NCBI GenBank assembly: GCA_964614095.1
Contig: CAZTJO010000001.1
Coordinates: 68,574-132,573, forward strand
Source: an uncultured Acidimicrobiia bacterium
Lineage (GTDB): Bacteria > Actinomycetota > Acidimicrobiia > Spongiisociales > UBA11373
DNA length: 64,000 nt
Direction: 5' to 3'
Positions 1-8,051 of the stretch are shown here, in pieces; the stretch's first letter is position 1; each line of letters starts with the position of its first letter. Made by a program: the position numbers and the translations under genes. The notes under the pieces were generated by a model, which saw only the letters and a list, made by a program, of their open reading frames with translations, was not told the DNA's origin and made no database searches.

Positions 1-271
1 CTCCGTCGACCAGCAACTCGTCGACGATCCCCACGATGACCGCGCGGATCGGCGCCGTGGGATCGGAGACCACCTGGCGTGCCGCGTTGCCCTCGTCGAT
101 GATCAGCACGGTCTCCCCGTACCCGGCATCGACCGAATCGACGCAGATGAGGTAGTCGCCGGTATCCCGGCCGTCGGCATCGAGCAGATCACACATGAGC
201 AAGCGGCGGTGGTCGTAGACCGGGGCACTGATGGTGGAGATCACGGTGCCGGACACGCGTCCGATCTTCAC
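1..271 (-). CDS. BMC vertex (pentamer) shell protein, EutN/CcmL/PduN family (BMC-P); 3' end probably runs off the window
   Basis: Manual translation of the reverse strand from a GTG at 271 gives VKIGRVSGTVISTISAPVYDHRRLLMCDLLDADGRDTGDYLICVDSVDAGYGETVLIIDEGNAARQVVSDPTAPIRAVIVGIVDELLVDG, a typical EutN fold signature (GTVV.T...VDxVGAG.GE.VL...GS.AR; AxIVGIVD). The GTG overlaps the TGA of the upstream BMC-P (GTGA). This gene is not in the ORF track because it is edge-truncated. Confidence 0.7.
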   Translation of the reverse strand, partial: MKIGRVSGTVISTISAPVYDHRRLLMCDLLDADGRDTGDYLICVDSVDAGYGETVLIIDEGNAARQVVSDPTAPIRAVIVGIVDELLVDG

Positions 272-537
272 GATCGCTCCACGTGGTCGACGATCCCCAC
301 GACGGCATGATCGACCGGGACGAACGGATCGGGCATCGCCAGCGCGGCCTCCCGGCTCCCCACGATGTAAACCATCTCCCCAGGGCCGGCCATGTGCACT
401 CCGTCGCCGGCCACCACCTGGCGCCCGACCGGGTTCCGATCGCGATCCAGCGGCTGCACTACCAGGAAGCGGACCCCTGCCAAACCCTCACACTTAACCG
501 TGGCGACGACGGTCCCGGTGACCCTAGCGAGCTGCAT
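268..537 (-). CDS. BMC vertex (pentamer) shell protein, EutN/CcmL/PduN family (BMC-P)
   Basis: Track ORF 268..591(-). An internal Met gives MQLARVTGTVVATVKCEGLAGVRFLVVQPLD...AVDHAVVGIVD, the EutN/PduN signature. Start placed at the ATG at 537; the 18 aa upstream lack homology. Confidence 0.75.
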   Translation of the reverse strand: MQLARVTGTVVATVKCEGLAGVRFLVVQPLDRDRNPVGRQVVAGDGVHMAGPGEMVYIVGSREAALAMPDPFVPVDHAVVGIVDHVERS

Positions 538-1129
538 CCGGGCCTCCTCCCTTCCGGCCGGCCCGCGGCCCGAAGCGGGCATCGCCCTCAAGGTTCTCGG
601 TCATCTCGGGGTGCAGGCTGGGGATGACCGACGCCCGCACCAAATGGCCCTGCGGCACCCGTCCGGCGCCGATCTCCACCGCGGCCTCGACGTCGGGGAC
701 CTCGCCCCCGAACAACACATAGCCCTTGCCGCCCAGGCCGTCGGCCATACGCAGCTCCACGATGACGACATCGGCCCCCTTGACGCCCCCGTCGGCGGCC
801 TCCAGTATCGAGGCCACCGAGGTGGTCTCCACAACCCCCAGGGCCTCAATAGCACCGACAATGGTGGTCCCCCGCACCGCCGCCACCACGCCGGGATGGA
901 CGTCGGGGAGGAACACGATGTCGAGCATCGACTCGCCGGAAGCGCCCTGCCCGGCGTCGATCGCCTCCTCGACGCTGGCGGTGTCGCCGGCCACCAACAC
1001 CAGGTAGTGGCCGGGCTGCACCGTGCCCGCCACCAGCGCCGAGATCGGGGCTCGCTTCGCCATGGCGTCGCCGGCGACAATGCCCGCCGCCACCGAGTTG
1101 AATTCGAGCAGTGCTAGTGCGGGGTGCAT
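524..1129 (-). CDS. Tandem BMC-domain shell protein (BMC-T, PduT-like)
   Basis: 201 aa with two BMC domains: ALALLEFNSVAAGIVAGDAMAKRAPISAL...VAGDTASVEEAIDAG and GAIEALGVVETTSVASILEAADGGVKGADVVIVELRMADGLGGKGYVLFGGEVPDVEAAVEIG. Lies between an aldehyde dehydrogenase and BMC-P genes. Confidence 0.75.
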   Translation of the reverse strand: MHPALALLEFNSVAAGIVAGDAMAKRAPISALVAGTVQPGHYLVLVAGDTASVEEAIDAGQGASGESMLDIVFLPDVHPGVVAAVRGTTIVGAIEALGVVETTSVASILEAADGGVKGADVVIVELRMADGLGGKGYVLFGGEVPDVEAAVEIGAGRVPQGHLVRASVIPSLHPEMTENLEGDARFGPRAGRKGGGPDAAR

Positions 1130-1130
1130 G

Positions 1131-2585
1131 TCAGATGATCCTCAATGCGCCGACCACGGCGATGCGGCGCTCGCGGGTGAAGGTGAGCGGCCGGGTCATG
1201 CCGTCGCCGCTAGGGCTGGCGATGGAAAAGGAGGTGAAACCCTCACCCCCCTGGCCCAGGCCGGCGTAGTTGGGGCCATTGGCGATAAAGATGCTCACGC
1301 TGATGGTGCGCGCCATCCGGGTGATGGTGGAAACGTTGGTGGAGTGGATCGAGGCCGTGTGTCGGAAGCCGTGCTCGGCGCGCACCGCCAGATCGATCGC
1401 CTCGTCGATGTTCGACGCCCGGACCACGGGCATCACCGGCATCATCTGCTCGGTCCACACCAGGTTGTGCTCGGGGGGCACCTCAACGACCAGCAACCGG
1501 GGATCACCCTCGACCTCGACCCCGGCCGCCTGGGCGATCACCCCGGCGTCCTTTCCGATCCAGCGCGGGTTGATCACGCCCGGCTTTGAGGGCGGCCCCA
1601 TCGAGGAGAACACCAGGCGCTCCACCTTGCGCAGCTCGTGCTCCTTGAGGATGTGGGCCCCGTTGCGGCCCATGGCTCGCAGCAGCTCGTCCGCCACGGA
1701 GCGGACGACGATCGTCTCCTTCTCGTCGATGCAGATGATGTTGTTGTCGAAGGAGGCCCCGGCGACGATGTCGCGGCCCGCCTGCTCCAGGTTGGCGGTC
1801 TCATCCACCACCGCCGGCGGGTTGCCGGGCCCGGCGGTCACCGCTCGCTTGTCGGTCTTGAGCGCCTCTCGCACCACCCCCGGGCCCCCGGTGACGAGGA
1901 GAACCTGGATCTTGGGGTGGTGCATCAGCTCCTGGGCACTCTCGATGGTGGGGACGGCCATCGTGGTCACCAGGTCGGGGGGTCCGCCGGCAGCGAGAGT
2001 CGCCCGGTTCAGGAGCCGCACCGCTTCGGCGGACACCTTCTTGGCGTTGGGGTGAACGTTGAATACCACCCCGTTGCCGCCGGAGAGGATGGCGATGGCG
2101 TTGTTGATGATGGTGGCCGTGGGATTGGTGGTGGGGGTGATCGAGCCGATCAGGCCGAAGGGGGCCATCTCGGTGAGCATCATCCCGTCGTCCCCGGTCT
2201 CGATGATGGGATCCAGATCCTCCGGGCCCGGGGTGCGGGTGGCGACGAGCAGGTTCTTGCGAACCTTGTCCTCCACGCGCCCCAGCCCCGTCTCCTCCTG
2301 GGCCATTTTGGCCAGCCGCTCGGAGTTGTCCACCATGGTGCGCCGGATTGAGTCGATGACGGCCACCCGGATCTCCGACCCCTTTTGCTGGTACTGGGCG
2401 CAGGCGCGATCGGCGGCGACGACGGCCGCGTCCACGGTCTCGTAGATGCCCTCCCCAAGCTCGATCTCGGGCACTTCGACCGGGACCCGGGGCCTCTCGG
2501 GCACGGCTTCGGCCGTGCCTCCCAGACGGAGGCGGACCCGAGCGATGATCTCGTAGATCTCCTCCTGGTCCAAGCCGGTGGTCAT
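1131..2585 (-). CDS. CoA-acylating aldehyde dehydrogenase (PduP/EutE-like) with N-terminal encapsulation-peptide-like helix
   Basis: ALDH superfamily, acylating type (IVVRSVADELL..., GPNYAGLGQGGEGF, Cys-containing catalytic region IICIDEKE). ATG at 2585 gives MTTGLDQEEIYEIIARVRLRLGG, an amphipathic helix followed by a linker, as in PduP encapsulation peptides. The start sits 1 nt after the upstream BMC-P stop (TGAcATG). Confidence 0.8.
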   Translation of the reverse strand: MTTGLDQEEIYEIIARVRLRLGGTAEAVPERPRVPVEVPEIELGEGIYETVDAAVVAADRACAQYQQKGSEIRVAVIDSIRRTMVDNSERLAKMAQEETGLGRVEDKVRKNLLVATRTPGPEDLDPIIETGDDGMMLTEMAPFGLIGSITPTTNPTATIINNAIAILSGGNGVVFNVHPNAKKVSAEAVRLLNRATLAAGGPPDLVTTMAVPTIESAQELMHHPKIQVLLVTGGPGVVREALKTDKRAVTAGPGNPPAVVDETANLEQAGRDIVAGASFDNNIICIDEKETIVVRSVADELLRAMGRNGAHILKEHELRKVERLVFSSMGPPSKPGVINPRWIGKDAGVIAQAAGVEVEGDPRLLVVEVPPEHNLVWTEQMMPVMPVVRASNIDEAIDLAVRAEHGFRHTASIHSTNVSTITRMARTISVSIFIANGPNYAGLGQGGEGFTSFSIASPSGDGMTRPLTFTRERRIAVVGALRII

Positions 2586-2586
2586 G

Positions 2587-2883
2587 TCAGTCGCGGTACT
2601 TGTGGTACATGGTGTCGCCCCCAACCTCCCAGGTATCGACGATCGCCATCACGACGGCGTCGCAGGGCCGGTCCTTGGTGTGGATCGTCTGGCGCGCCGC
2701 CGACCCGGTGGCGTACATCACGATCTCCCCGATGCCGGCGCCGACGGCGTCGGCGGCCACCACGTAGGACCCGGTCTCGGTCTCGTCCACATCGATTTGG
2801 CGCAGCACGAGGAACTTGAGCCCCTCGAGCGTCGCCTCCTTGCGGGTGGCAACGAGCGTCCCGGCAACGCGGCCCAACAGCAT
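2587..2883 (-). CDS. BMC vertex (pentamer) shell protein, EutN/CcmL/PduN family (BMC-P)
   Basis: 98 aa: [31 protein letters not shown]...[23 protein letters not shown]...AVVMAIVD. Third EutN-family paralog in the locus. Confidence 0.8.
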   Translation of the reverse strand: MLLGRVAGTLVATRKEATLEGLKFLVLRQIDVDETETGSYVVAADAVGAGIGEIVMYATGSAARQTIHTKDRPCDAVVMAIVDTWEVGGDTMYHKYRD

Positions 2884-2899
2884 GCGTGCCTCCCGACGC

Positions 2900-3205
2900 T
2901 CAGTCCGCGATCTCGGCTTCGGCCTCCTCGGCTCGGCCGAGCGGGAGTACCAGGTCGATATTGACGTGCGGGCGCGCGATCACGTGGGTGGCGATCACCT
3001 CGCCAACCTTCTCTGCGCCGCGGGTCCCGGCGTCGATGGCGGCCTTCACCGCGGCGACGTCGCCGCGCACCACCGCGGTCACATAACCGCCGCCCGTCTT
3101 CTCATAGGACACCAGCTCGACCTTGGCTGCCTTGACCATCGCGTCGGCCGCCTCGACCATCGCCGGAAAACCGCGGCATTCGATCATGCCGAGTGCTTGT
3201 GCCAT
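2900..3205 (-). CDS. BMC hexamer shell protein (BMC-H, PduA/EutM-like) with short acidic C-terminal tail
   Basis: [60 protein letters not shown]...VIARPH is a canonical PF00936 BMC domain. AAGGAGAG Shine-Dalgarno sequence upstream on the minus strand. Confidence 0.85.
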   Translation of the reverse strand: MAQALGMIECRGFPAMVEAADAMVKAAKVELVSYEKTGGGYVTAVVRGDVAAVKAAIDAGTRGAEKVGEVIATHVIARPHVNIDLVLPLGRAEEAEAEIAD

Positions 3206-3241
3206 TGGCTCTCCTTGCTCCGTCCTTCTGTTCCGAAACCC

Positions 3242-3874
3242 CTACTCGTCCATGGGCCGGCCGTCCAGCCCCTCCAGGGCCGCCACCGCGGCCCGCCAGC
3301 CCACGTCGATGTCCCGCTCCTCGCCGCCAAGGTACACCCGGCCCAGCGAGCCGAAGGAGCGGACCTCGAGTATGTTGATCTCAGCGGCCTTCTCCGCCTC
3401 ATTGGCGGCGATGGCGGCGTAGGAGGCCGGCTCCATCTCGAGCACGTACAACGTCTGCCCCGGGATCAGCATCTGGCCGTGCCGCATGCGGTTGATCAGC
3501 TGCGCCTGGTGGTCGTCGATGCGACGAATGATCTGGCTGCTGGCGATACGGGGCTTGATGCGGCTCTCCTCCTTGGCTTCGATCGCATCGAGGATGGCGG
3601 CGCCGGCGGCCCTGGTCTCCGCCTGGTGGGGCGAATGCACCTCGAGCAACCCGAAGTAGCGCTCGACGATCTGCATGCCCGGTCGCACCGTGGTCGCCTT
3701 GAGGGCGACGTCGGTGAGACGGTTGATCTCGATCCCCGGGGAGATCTCCACAAACAGGGAAGCCTCTCCGGCCAGCGGGAGGAAACCCTGGGCGACCGTG
3801 CCCAGGAACGCGGCGTACTGGGGCTGCAGACTGTCGAGGAACGAATACCCCCGCAGGTCGACATTGTTGCTCAC
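3242..3874 (-). CDS. Tandem BMC-domain shell protein (BMC-T)
   Basis: 210 aa. Two BMC-like halves: ([39 protein letters not shown]...) and ([61 protein letters not shown]). GTG start overlaps the deoC stop (GTGA). Lacks the PduL motifs (no GxSNRHxHL / RHIHM), so it is not the phosphotransacylase. Confidence 0.6.
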   Translation of the reverse strand: MSNNVDLRGYSFLDSLQPQYAAFLGTVAQGFLPLAGEASLFVEISPGIEINRLTDVALKATTVRPGMQIVERYFGLLEVHSPHQAETRAAGAAILDAIEAKEESRIKPRIASSQIIRRIDDHQAQLINRMRHGQMLIPGQTLYVLEMEPASYAAIAANEAEKAAEINILEVRSFGSLGRVYLGGEERDIDVGWRAAVAALEGLDGRPMDE

Positions 3875-4725
3875 TGAGCCCCTCCCGTCTCGCCGACGAT
3901 CTCGATTCCGGCCGAGGCGCCGATCCGGGTGGCCCCGGCGGCGATCATCTCCTCGGCGTCCCGGCGGGTGCGGATGCCGCCGGAGGCCTTCACTCCCATC
4001 TCCGGGCCGACGGCCTCCCTCATGAGGGCGACGTCGTAGACGGTGGCGCCCCCGGGCCCGAATCCCGTCGAGGTCTTGACGAAATGGGCTTTCGACTGCT
4101 TGGCGAGGCGGCTGACGATGACCTTCTCCTCATCGGTGAGCATCGCCGCCTCGATGATGACCTTGCACACCGCTCCGGCCTCCCGGCAGGCGTCGACGAC
4201 TCCGGCGATGTCCCGGGCCACCAGGTCGTATTCGCCCGATTTGAGGGCACCCACATTGATCACCATATCGATCTCACGCGCCCCGTCCCGAATGGCTTCG
4301 CGAGCCTCCATCGCCTTAATCCGCGGGGTGTGGGCTCCCAGGGGGAAGCCGATCACGGAACAGGTGATCACGTCGGAGCCGCGCAGTTTCTCGGCAACCC
4401 GCTTCACCCAGGCCGGGTTGACGCAGACCGCGGCGAAGCCATAGGTGATGGCCTCGTCGCACATCCGGTCGATGTCCCCGGAAGTGGCGTCGGCCTTGAG
4501 CAGGGTGTGATCGATGAAGCCGGCGAGGTCGGTGGGCACGTCGGCGCCGGCCCCGTTGTAGGAGATGCGGCTCGCCCCGGCCGCCACCACCTGACGCACC
4601 TTCTCGGAGGAATGCGAGGCGCAGTCGCCGAAGCACACCAGGCACTCGGCGAAGGCCCCACCGGTGAGTGCCGAGAGCACCTCCCGGGTCACCGCCTCCA
4701 CAATGGCATCGAAGTCGTCGCTCAT
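3871..4725 (-). CDS. deoC: Deoxyribose-phosphate aldolase (class I DeoC) with about 60-aa N-terminal extension (encapsulation-peptide-like helix plus Cys-containing linker)
   Basis: Core [12 protein letters not shown]...[10 protein letters not shown]...VIGFPLGAH...IDMVIN...FVKTSTGF...[10 protein letters not shown]...GASRIGAS aligns along its length with class I DeoC, including the Schiff-base Lys region (FVKTSTGF). The N-terminus from the ATG at 4725 is [23 protein letters not shown], followed by [21 protein letters not shown] overlap with the rpiB stop. Confidence 0.85.
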   Translation of the reverse strand: MSDDFDAIVEAVTREVLSALTGGAFAECLVCFGDCASHSSEKVRQVVAAGASRISYNGAGADVPTDLAGFIDHTLLKADATSGDIDRMCDEAITYGFAAVCVNPAWVKRVAEKLRGSDVITCSVIGFPLGAHTPRIKAMEAREAIRDGAREIDMVINVGALKSGEYDLVARDIAGVVDACREAGAVCKVIIEAAMLTDEEKVIVSRLAKQSKAHFVKTSTGFGPGGATVYDVALMREAVGPEMGVKASGGIRTRRDAEEMIAAGATRIGASAGIEIVGETGGAQ

Positions 4726-5381
4726 AGGGCCGACCGCCCCGCCGGCGCCAGGTACCTTCGCTCGATCTCGCCGATCTTCTTCACCCGGCGGGCGTGGCGG
4801 CCTTCGGCCCACGGCGTGTCGAGCCAGGTCTCGACGATCTGCCAGGCCAAGCCCTCGCCGATGAGTGCGGCGCCCAGCGTGAGCACATTGGCGTGGTTGT
4901 GCTCGCGGCTGTTGCGAGCCGAGGACAAGTCGTAGCAGAGCGCGGCCCTGATCCCCGGCACCTTGTTGGCTACCATGGCCGACCCGATCCCGGCGCCGTC
5001 CACGACGATTCCGTAGGTGCAGGCACCCGAGGAGACCTGCTCGGCCACCGCCAGCGCCAGGTCCGGATAGTCGACGGCCTCGGTGGAGTCGGTCCCGCAG
5101 TCCACCACAACGTAGCCTTGCTCCCGGAGCCGGAAGACCAGGCGCTCCTTGAGTTTGAAGCCCCCGTGATCGGCCCCGATGGCGATCGAAGCGGCGGTGC
5201 CGGACGCAGGACCGGCGGGAACGGGAGCAGGTGCGGCGACCGGCGCAGCGGCTGAGGATCGATCTGCCAGCACCCCGGTCACCACTCGGGTCACCAGGGC
5301 GCGAATCTCTTCCTCGTCTGGAAGTACCGGGCGAGTCACCAAGGCATTATTCCACGAAAGCCACCGCCCGGCGGTGGTCAT
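4722..5381 (-). CDS. rpiB: Ribose-5-phosphate isomerase B (RpiB/LacAB family) with N-terminal encapsulation-peptide-like helix and Ala/Pro-rich linker
   Basis: C-terminal 150 aa IAIGADHGGFKLKE...VVDCGTDS...DYPD...GIVVDGAGIGSAMVANKVPGIRAALCYD...NHANVLTLGA match RpiB. Start chosen at the ATG at 5381: MTTAGRWLSWNNALVTRPVLPDEEEIRALVTRVVTGVLADRSSAAAPVAAPAPVPAGPASGTAAS. Further-upstream in-frame codons exist, so start confidence is moderate. Confidence 0.75.
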   Translation of the reverse strand: MTTAGRWLSWNNALVTRPVLPDEEEIRALVTRVVTGVLADRSSAAAPVAAPAPVPAGPASGTAASIAIGADHGGFKLKERLVFRLREQGYVVVDCGTDSTEAVDYPDLALAVAEQVSSGACTYGIVVDGAGIGSAMVANKVPGIRAALCYDLSSARNSREHNHANVLTLGAALIGEGLAWQIVETWLDTPWAEGRHARRVKKIGEIERRYLAPAGRSAL

Positions 5382-5459
5382 CGCGCGGCACCTAGGCTGG
5401 GGCGAGCGACGCAGGAGCCGACTGTTGGCCGAAGACCCTACATCGATCTGGGAACAGCG

Positions 5460-5478
5460 GCGCCCGGGACGCGCCCGG
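5460..5478. promoter_or_regulatory. Direct repeat GCGCCCGG-N3-GCGCCCGG (contains CCCGGG palindrome) in the 100-bp divergent region between rpiB and the MerR-like regulator
   Basis: Read directly from the sequence. Lies immediately upstream of the regulator ATG (5482) and about 80 bp upstream of the BMC operon start (5381, minus strand). Confidence 0.3.
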
Positions 5479-5481
5479 CGT

Positions 5482-6033
5482 ATGCCCCGCTCCTCTCCCC
5501 AAGCAGCGACCGCGCCGTCTCCATCGCCCGATGAGATCGCCGCCGCGGCGGTCCCGATCGCCGCAGACCGGATCACCCTGCAGGAAGCAGCCAAGCGCTT
5601 CGGCGTCTCGGCTTCCACCCTGGGGTCGTGGTGCCGCTCCGGTGAGATCGATGCGGCGAAGCAGCAAGGCCGCTGGATGGTGGTCCCCCGCTCGGTCTCG
5701 ACGCGCCAGCGAGCCGGCCGAAGCCGCGGCGGCACCGCGCTGGCGGCCCGGAGCGGTCCCAGCGCCGATGGATCGGCGATGCTGGTGCCGCGCCATGCCT
5801 GGGACAAGCTGATGGACCAGCTGGGCAACCTCCATCAGGCCGGGCAGCAATTGGCCGAGGCCCGGGAGCGGGCGGCCCGCGCCGAGACGGAGGCCAGGTT
5901 CCTGCGGGAACGCCTGGGCGAGATGCGCCAAGAACGGGACACCTTGCGGCGGAGAGTCGGCGAGGAGCCAGCCCCGGCCCGGGGAACAGTGCCGCTGCGC
6001 ACCCGTCTGGCCCGAATCTTCGGGCGCGGCTGA
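5482..6033 (+). CDS. MerR/excisionase-like helix-turn-helix DNA-binding protein with C-terminal coiled coil; candidate regulator divergent from the BMC operon
   Basis: ITLQEAAKRFGVSASTLGSWCRSGEIDAAKQQGRWMVVP is a MerR-type HTH. C-terminus is Arg/Glu/Leu-rich (LAEARERAARAETEARFLRERLGEMRQERDTLRRR), predicted coiled coil. Start at the ATG at 5482 within track ORF 5179..6033; start is uncertain. Confidence 0.5.
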   Translation: MPRSSPQAATAPSPSPDEIAAAAVPIAADRITLQEAAKRFGVSASTLGSWCRSGEIDAAKQQGRWMVVPRSVSTRQRAGRSRGGTALAARSGPSADGSAMLVPRHAWDKLMDQLGNLHQAGQQLAEARERAARAETEARFLRERLGEMRQERDTLRRRVGEEPAPARGTVPLRTRLARIFGRG

Positions 6034-6204
6034 TTCCCTAGGTGTGATAACCGAGGACGTTGTCCCTGGTGCGGCGGTGTGATGGGTTGAGCCCTCCAAA
6101 CGAGACTGTGGGCTGAGAAGACTCACAACTCGTACATTCAGACGCCGATCATCTAACGACGCGAAGACGGTCTCTTAATCTCGCCGATCCGGTGATCGGC
6201 TAGT

Positions 6205-7182
6205 TTGCTCTCCGTGGCCGACGCCATCATCGCCACCCGCGACCTGCGATTCGCCTACGGCGACATCCTCGCGCTGCAGGATGTCAGCGTCGACGTGCCG
6301 CCCGGCAGCATTGGCCTGGTTGGCGCCAACGGCGCCGGCAAGACCACCCTGCTCAAGGTCCTGCTGGGAATCCTCCGCCCGCAGCGGGGCGAAGCCTGGC
6401 TGCTCGGTCAGCGAGTGAACCGGGCCACGCTGGAGGTGCGCTCACGCGTCGGCTACATGCCGGAGACGGCCTGCCTGCCTCCGGACCAGACCGCCGCCGA
6501 TTTCCTCATCTACGCCGCCGAGCTGGCCGGCCTGCCCACCAGGGCGGCCCGCCAGCGGGCCAGCGATGTGCTCACGCTGGTCGGGTTGCACGAAGAGCGG
6601 TTTCGCTACATGGGCGGCTTCAGCACCGGCATGGCCCAGCGGGCCAAGCTGGCTCAGGCCATCGTTCACGACCCCGATCTTGTGCTCCTAGATGAGCCCA
6701 CCGCCGGCCTTGACCCCGAGGGCCGGGAGGAGATGCTGGCCCTGATAGGCCGGCTCGGCAGTTTTGGGATCAACGCCATCATCTCCTCGCACATGCTTCC
6801 CGACATCGAACGCACCTGCGATTGGGTGATGATGCTCGACGGCGGGCGCTTGCTGCGTGCCGGGCCGCTCACCGAGTTGTCGGTGACCGGCGAGGTCACC
6901 CTCGAGGTCCTCGACGATCCTGCGCCGGTGCTGGCCGCCGTTGCGAAACATGGCGGCAGCGCCCACATCGAGGGCCGCACGATCGTGGTGGAGACCGAGA
7001 GGGGCGATCCGTTCGATCTCATCCGTGATGCCCTGGCCGAGACCGGCGCCGCCCTACGCCGGCTGGGCCCGCGCCGCACCACTTTGGAGGACATCTTCCT
7101 GGCCGGCGAGCAAATAGCGCCTGCCTCCTCCGACATCAAGACCGAACTCGACGAGGAATCGGCCAAAGGAGATCGAACGTGA
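6205..7182 (+). CDS. ABC transporter ATP-binding protein
   Basis: Walker A GANGAGKTTLL, signature/Walker B region LLDEPTAGLDPEG, H-loop. TTG/GTG start region. Confidence 0.85.
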   Translation: MLSVADAIIATRDLRFAYGDILALQDVSVDVPPGSIGLVGANGAGKTTLLKVLLGILRPQRGEAWLLGQRVNRATLEVRSRVGYMPETACLPPDQTAADFLIYAAELAGLPTRAARQRASDVLTLVGLHEERFRYMGGFSTGMAQRAKLAQAIVHDPDLVLLDEPTAGLDPEGREEMLALIGRLGSFGINAIISSHMLPDIERTCDWVMMLDGGRLLRAGPLTELSVTGEVTLEVLDDPAPVLAAVAKHGGSAHIEGRTIVVETERGDPFDLIRDALAETGAALRRLGPRRTTLEDIFLAGEQIAPASSDIKTELDEESAKGDRT

Positions 7183-8051
7183 CGGAAGGCGTCATCTTCG
7201 ATCTCGGCTACCAGCCTCACGAGGGCGAACGTCTGGGCCGCGCCGGCGCGGTGCGCGCCCTATATCGTGACGGCCTGCGCCGGGTTCTCGGACTGCGGCG
7301 CCGCGCCCGCAGCAAGGTCCTCCCCGTCCTGCTGCTCAGCATCGCCGTGCTGCCCGCCTTGTTCTTCGTCGGCATCAGCGTGTTCACCGGGGAGATTGGG
7401 CTCGACGAGGTGGAGTTCTTCACCCACGCCCAGTACTTCGGCATGACCTCGGCGATCGCGATGATCTTCACCGCACTCGCCGCCGGGGAGCTGCTGGTCC
7501 CCGATCGTACTTTCGGCACTCTGGCGGTGTATGCGTCCCGGCCGCTGACTATGGAGGACTACCTCGTCGGCCGTGCCGCATCGCTGATCACCGTGGTCTT
7601 CGGCTTCATGTATCTGCCCCAATTGGTGCTCTTCCTGGGCAGGGCCTGGGTCAGCACCGAGGGCTTCGGATCATTTGTGGCCGGAAATCTCGGCACTCTG
7701 TGGCGTACCGCGGCGGCGTCGGCCGTCTACTTCGTAGCCTTCGCCCCGTTGGCTTTTGTCATCTCCGCCTACGCCAAGCGCGCCTCCTTCGCCGCGGCAA
7801 CTTTCATCGGCCTCATGTTCATCAGCTCGGCGGTGCCCCAGGCCCTTACGGACGCCGGCTTCAAACCCGCCGCCTTTCTGGCGCTGCAGCAGCACCCGGG
7901 TTTGGTGCGGGATTGGATCATGGGAGAGAACACCAACCGGTGGATACCCGAGAGCGCCGGGTACGGGCCGATTCCATCTCTGATCATCATCCTTCTCGTC
8001 GCCGCCCTCACCATCTTCCTGGTGGTCCGCCGCTACCGGAGGCTGACGTGA
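7179..8051 (+). CDS. ABC-2 type transporter permease
   Basis: 290 aa with multiple hydrophobic spans. Coupled to the upstream ATPase by a 4-nt overlap. Confidence 0.7.
   Translation: MTEGVIFDLGYQPHEGERLGRAGAVRALYRDGLRRVLGLRRRARSKVLPVLLLSIAVLPALFFVGISVFTGEIGLDEVEFFTHAQYFGMTSAIAMIFTALAAGELLVPDRTFGTLAVYASRPLTMEDYLVGRAASLITVVFGFMYLPQLVLFLGRAWVSTEGFGSFVAGNLGTLWRTAAASAVYFVAFAPLAFVISAYAKRASFAAATFIGLMFISSAVPQALTDAGFKPAAFLALQQHPGLVRDWIMGENTNRWIPESAGYGPIPSLIIILLVAALTIFLVVRRYRRLT

Noticed and set aside
392-1129. Large + strand ORFs (392..1117, 726..1007, 283..627) overlapping the BMC-T/BMC-P genes
   Set aside because: Arg/Pro/Gly-rich low-complexity translations typical of wrong-frame ORFs in 70% GC DNA. 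The opposite strand encodes well-supported BMC shell proteins.
3242-3874. Possibility that the 210-aa protein is the phosphotransacylase PduL (similar length, expected in an aldehyde-processing BMC)
   Set aside because: PduL signature motifs (GxSNRHxHL, RHIHM) are absent. Both halves instead fit the BMC-domain pattern, so it was called BMC-T.
3871-4812. Long DeoC start (track ORF start at 4812, MGRRPPRPPGEEDRR...)
   Set aside because: Would overlap rpiB by 90 nt. The ATG at 4725 gives an ATGA coupling with the rpiB stop, and the N-terminus then begins with the amphipathic helix.
5392-6126. 244-aa minus-strand ORF opposite the MerR-like regulator
   Set aside because: Antisense to a gene with a clear HTH motif. 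Low-complexity composition and no start context.
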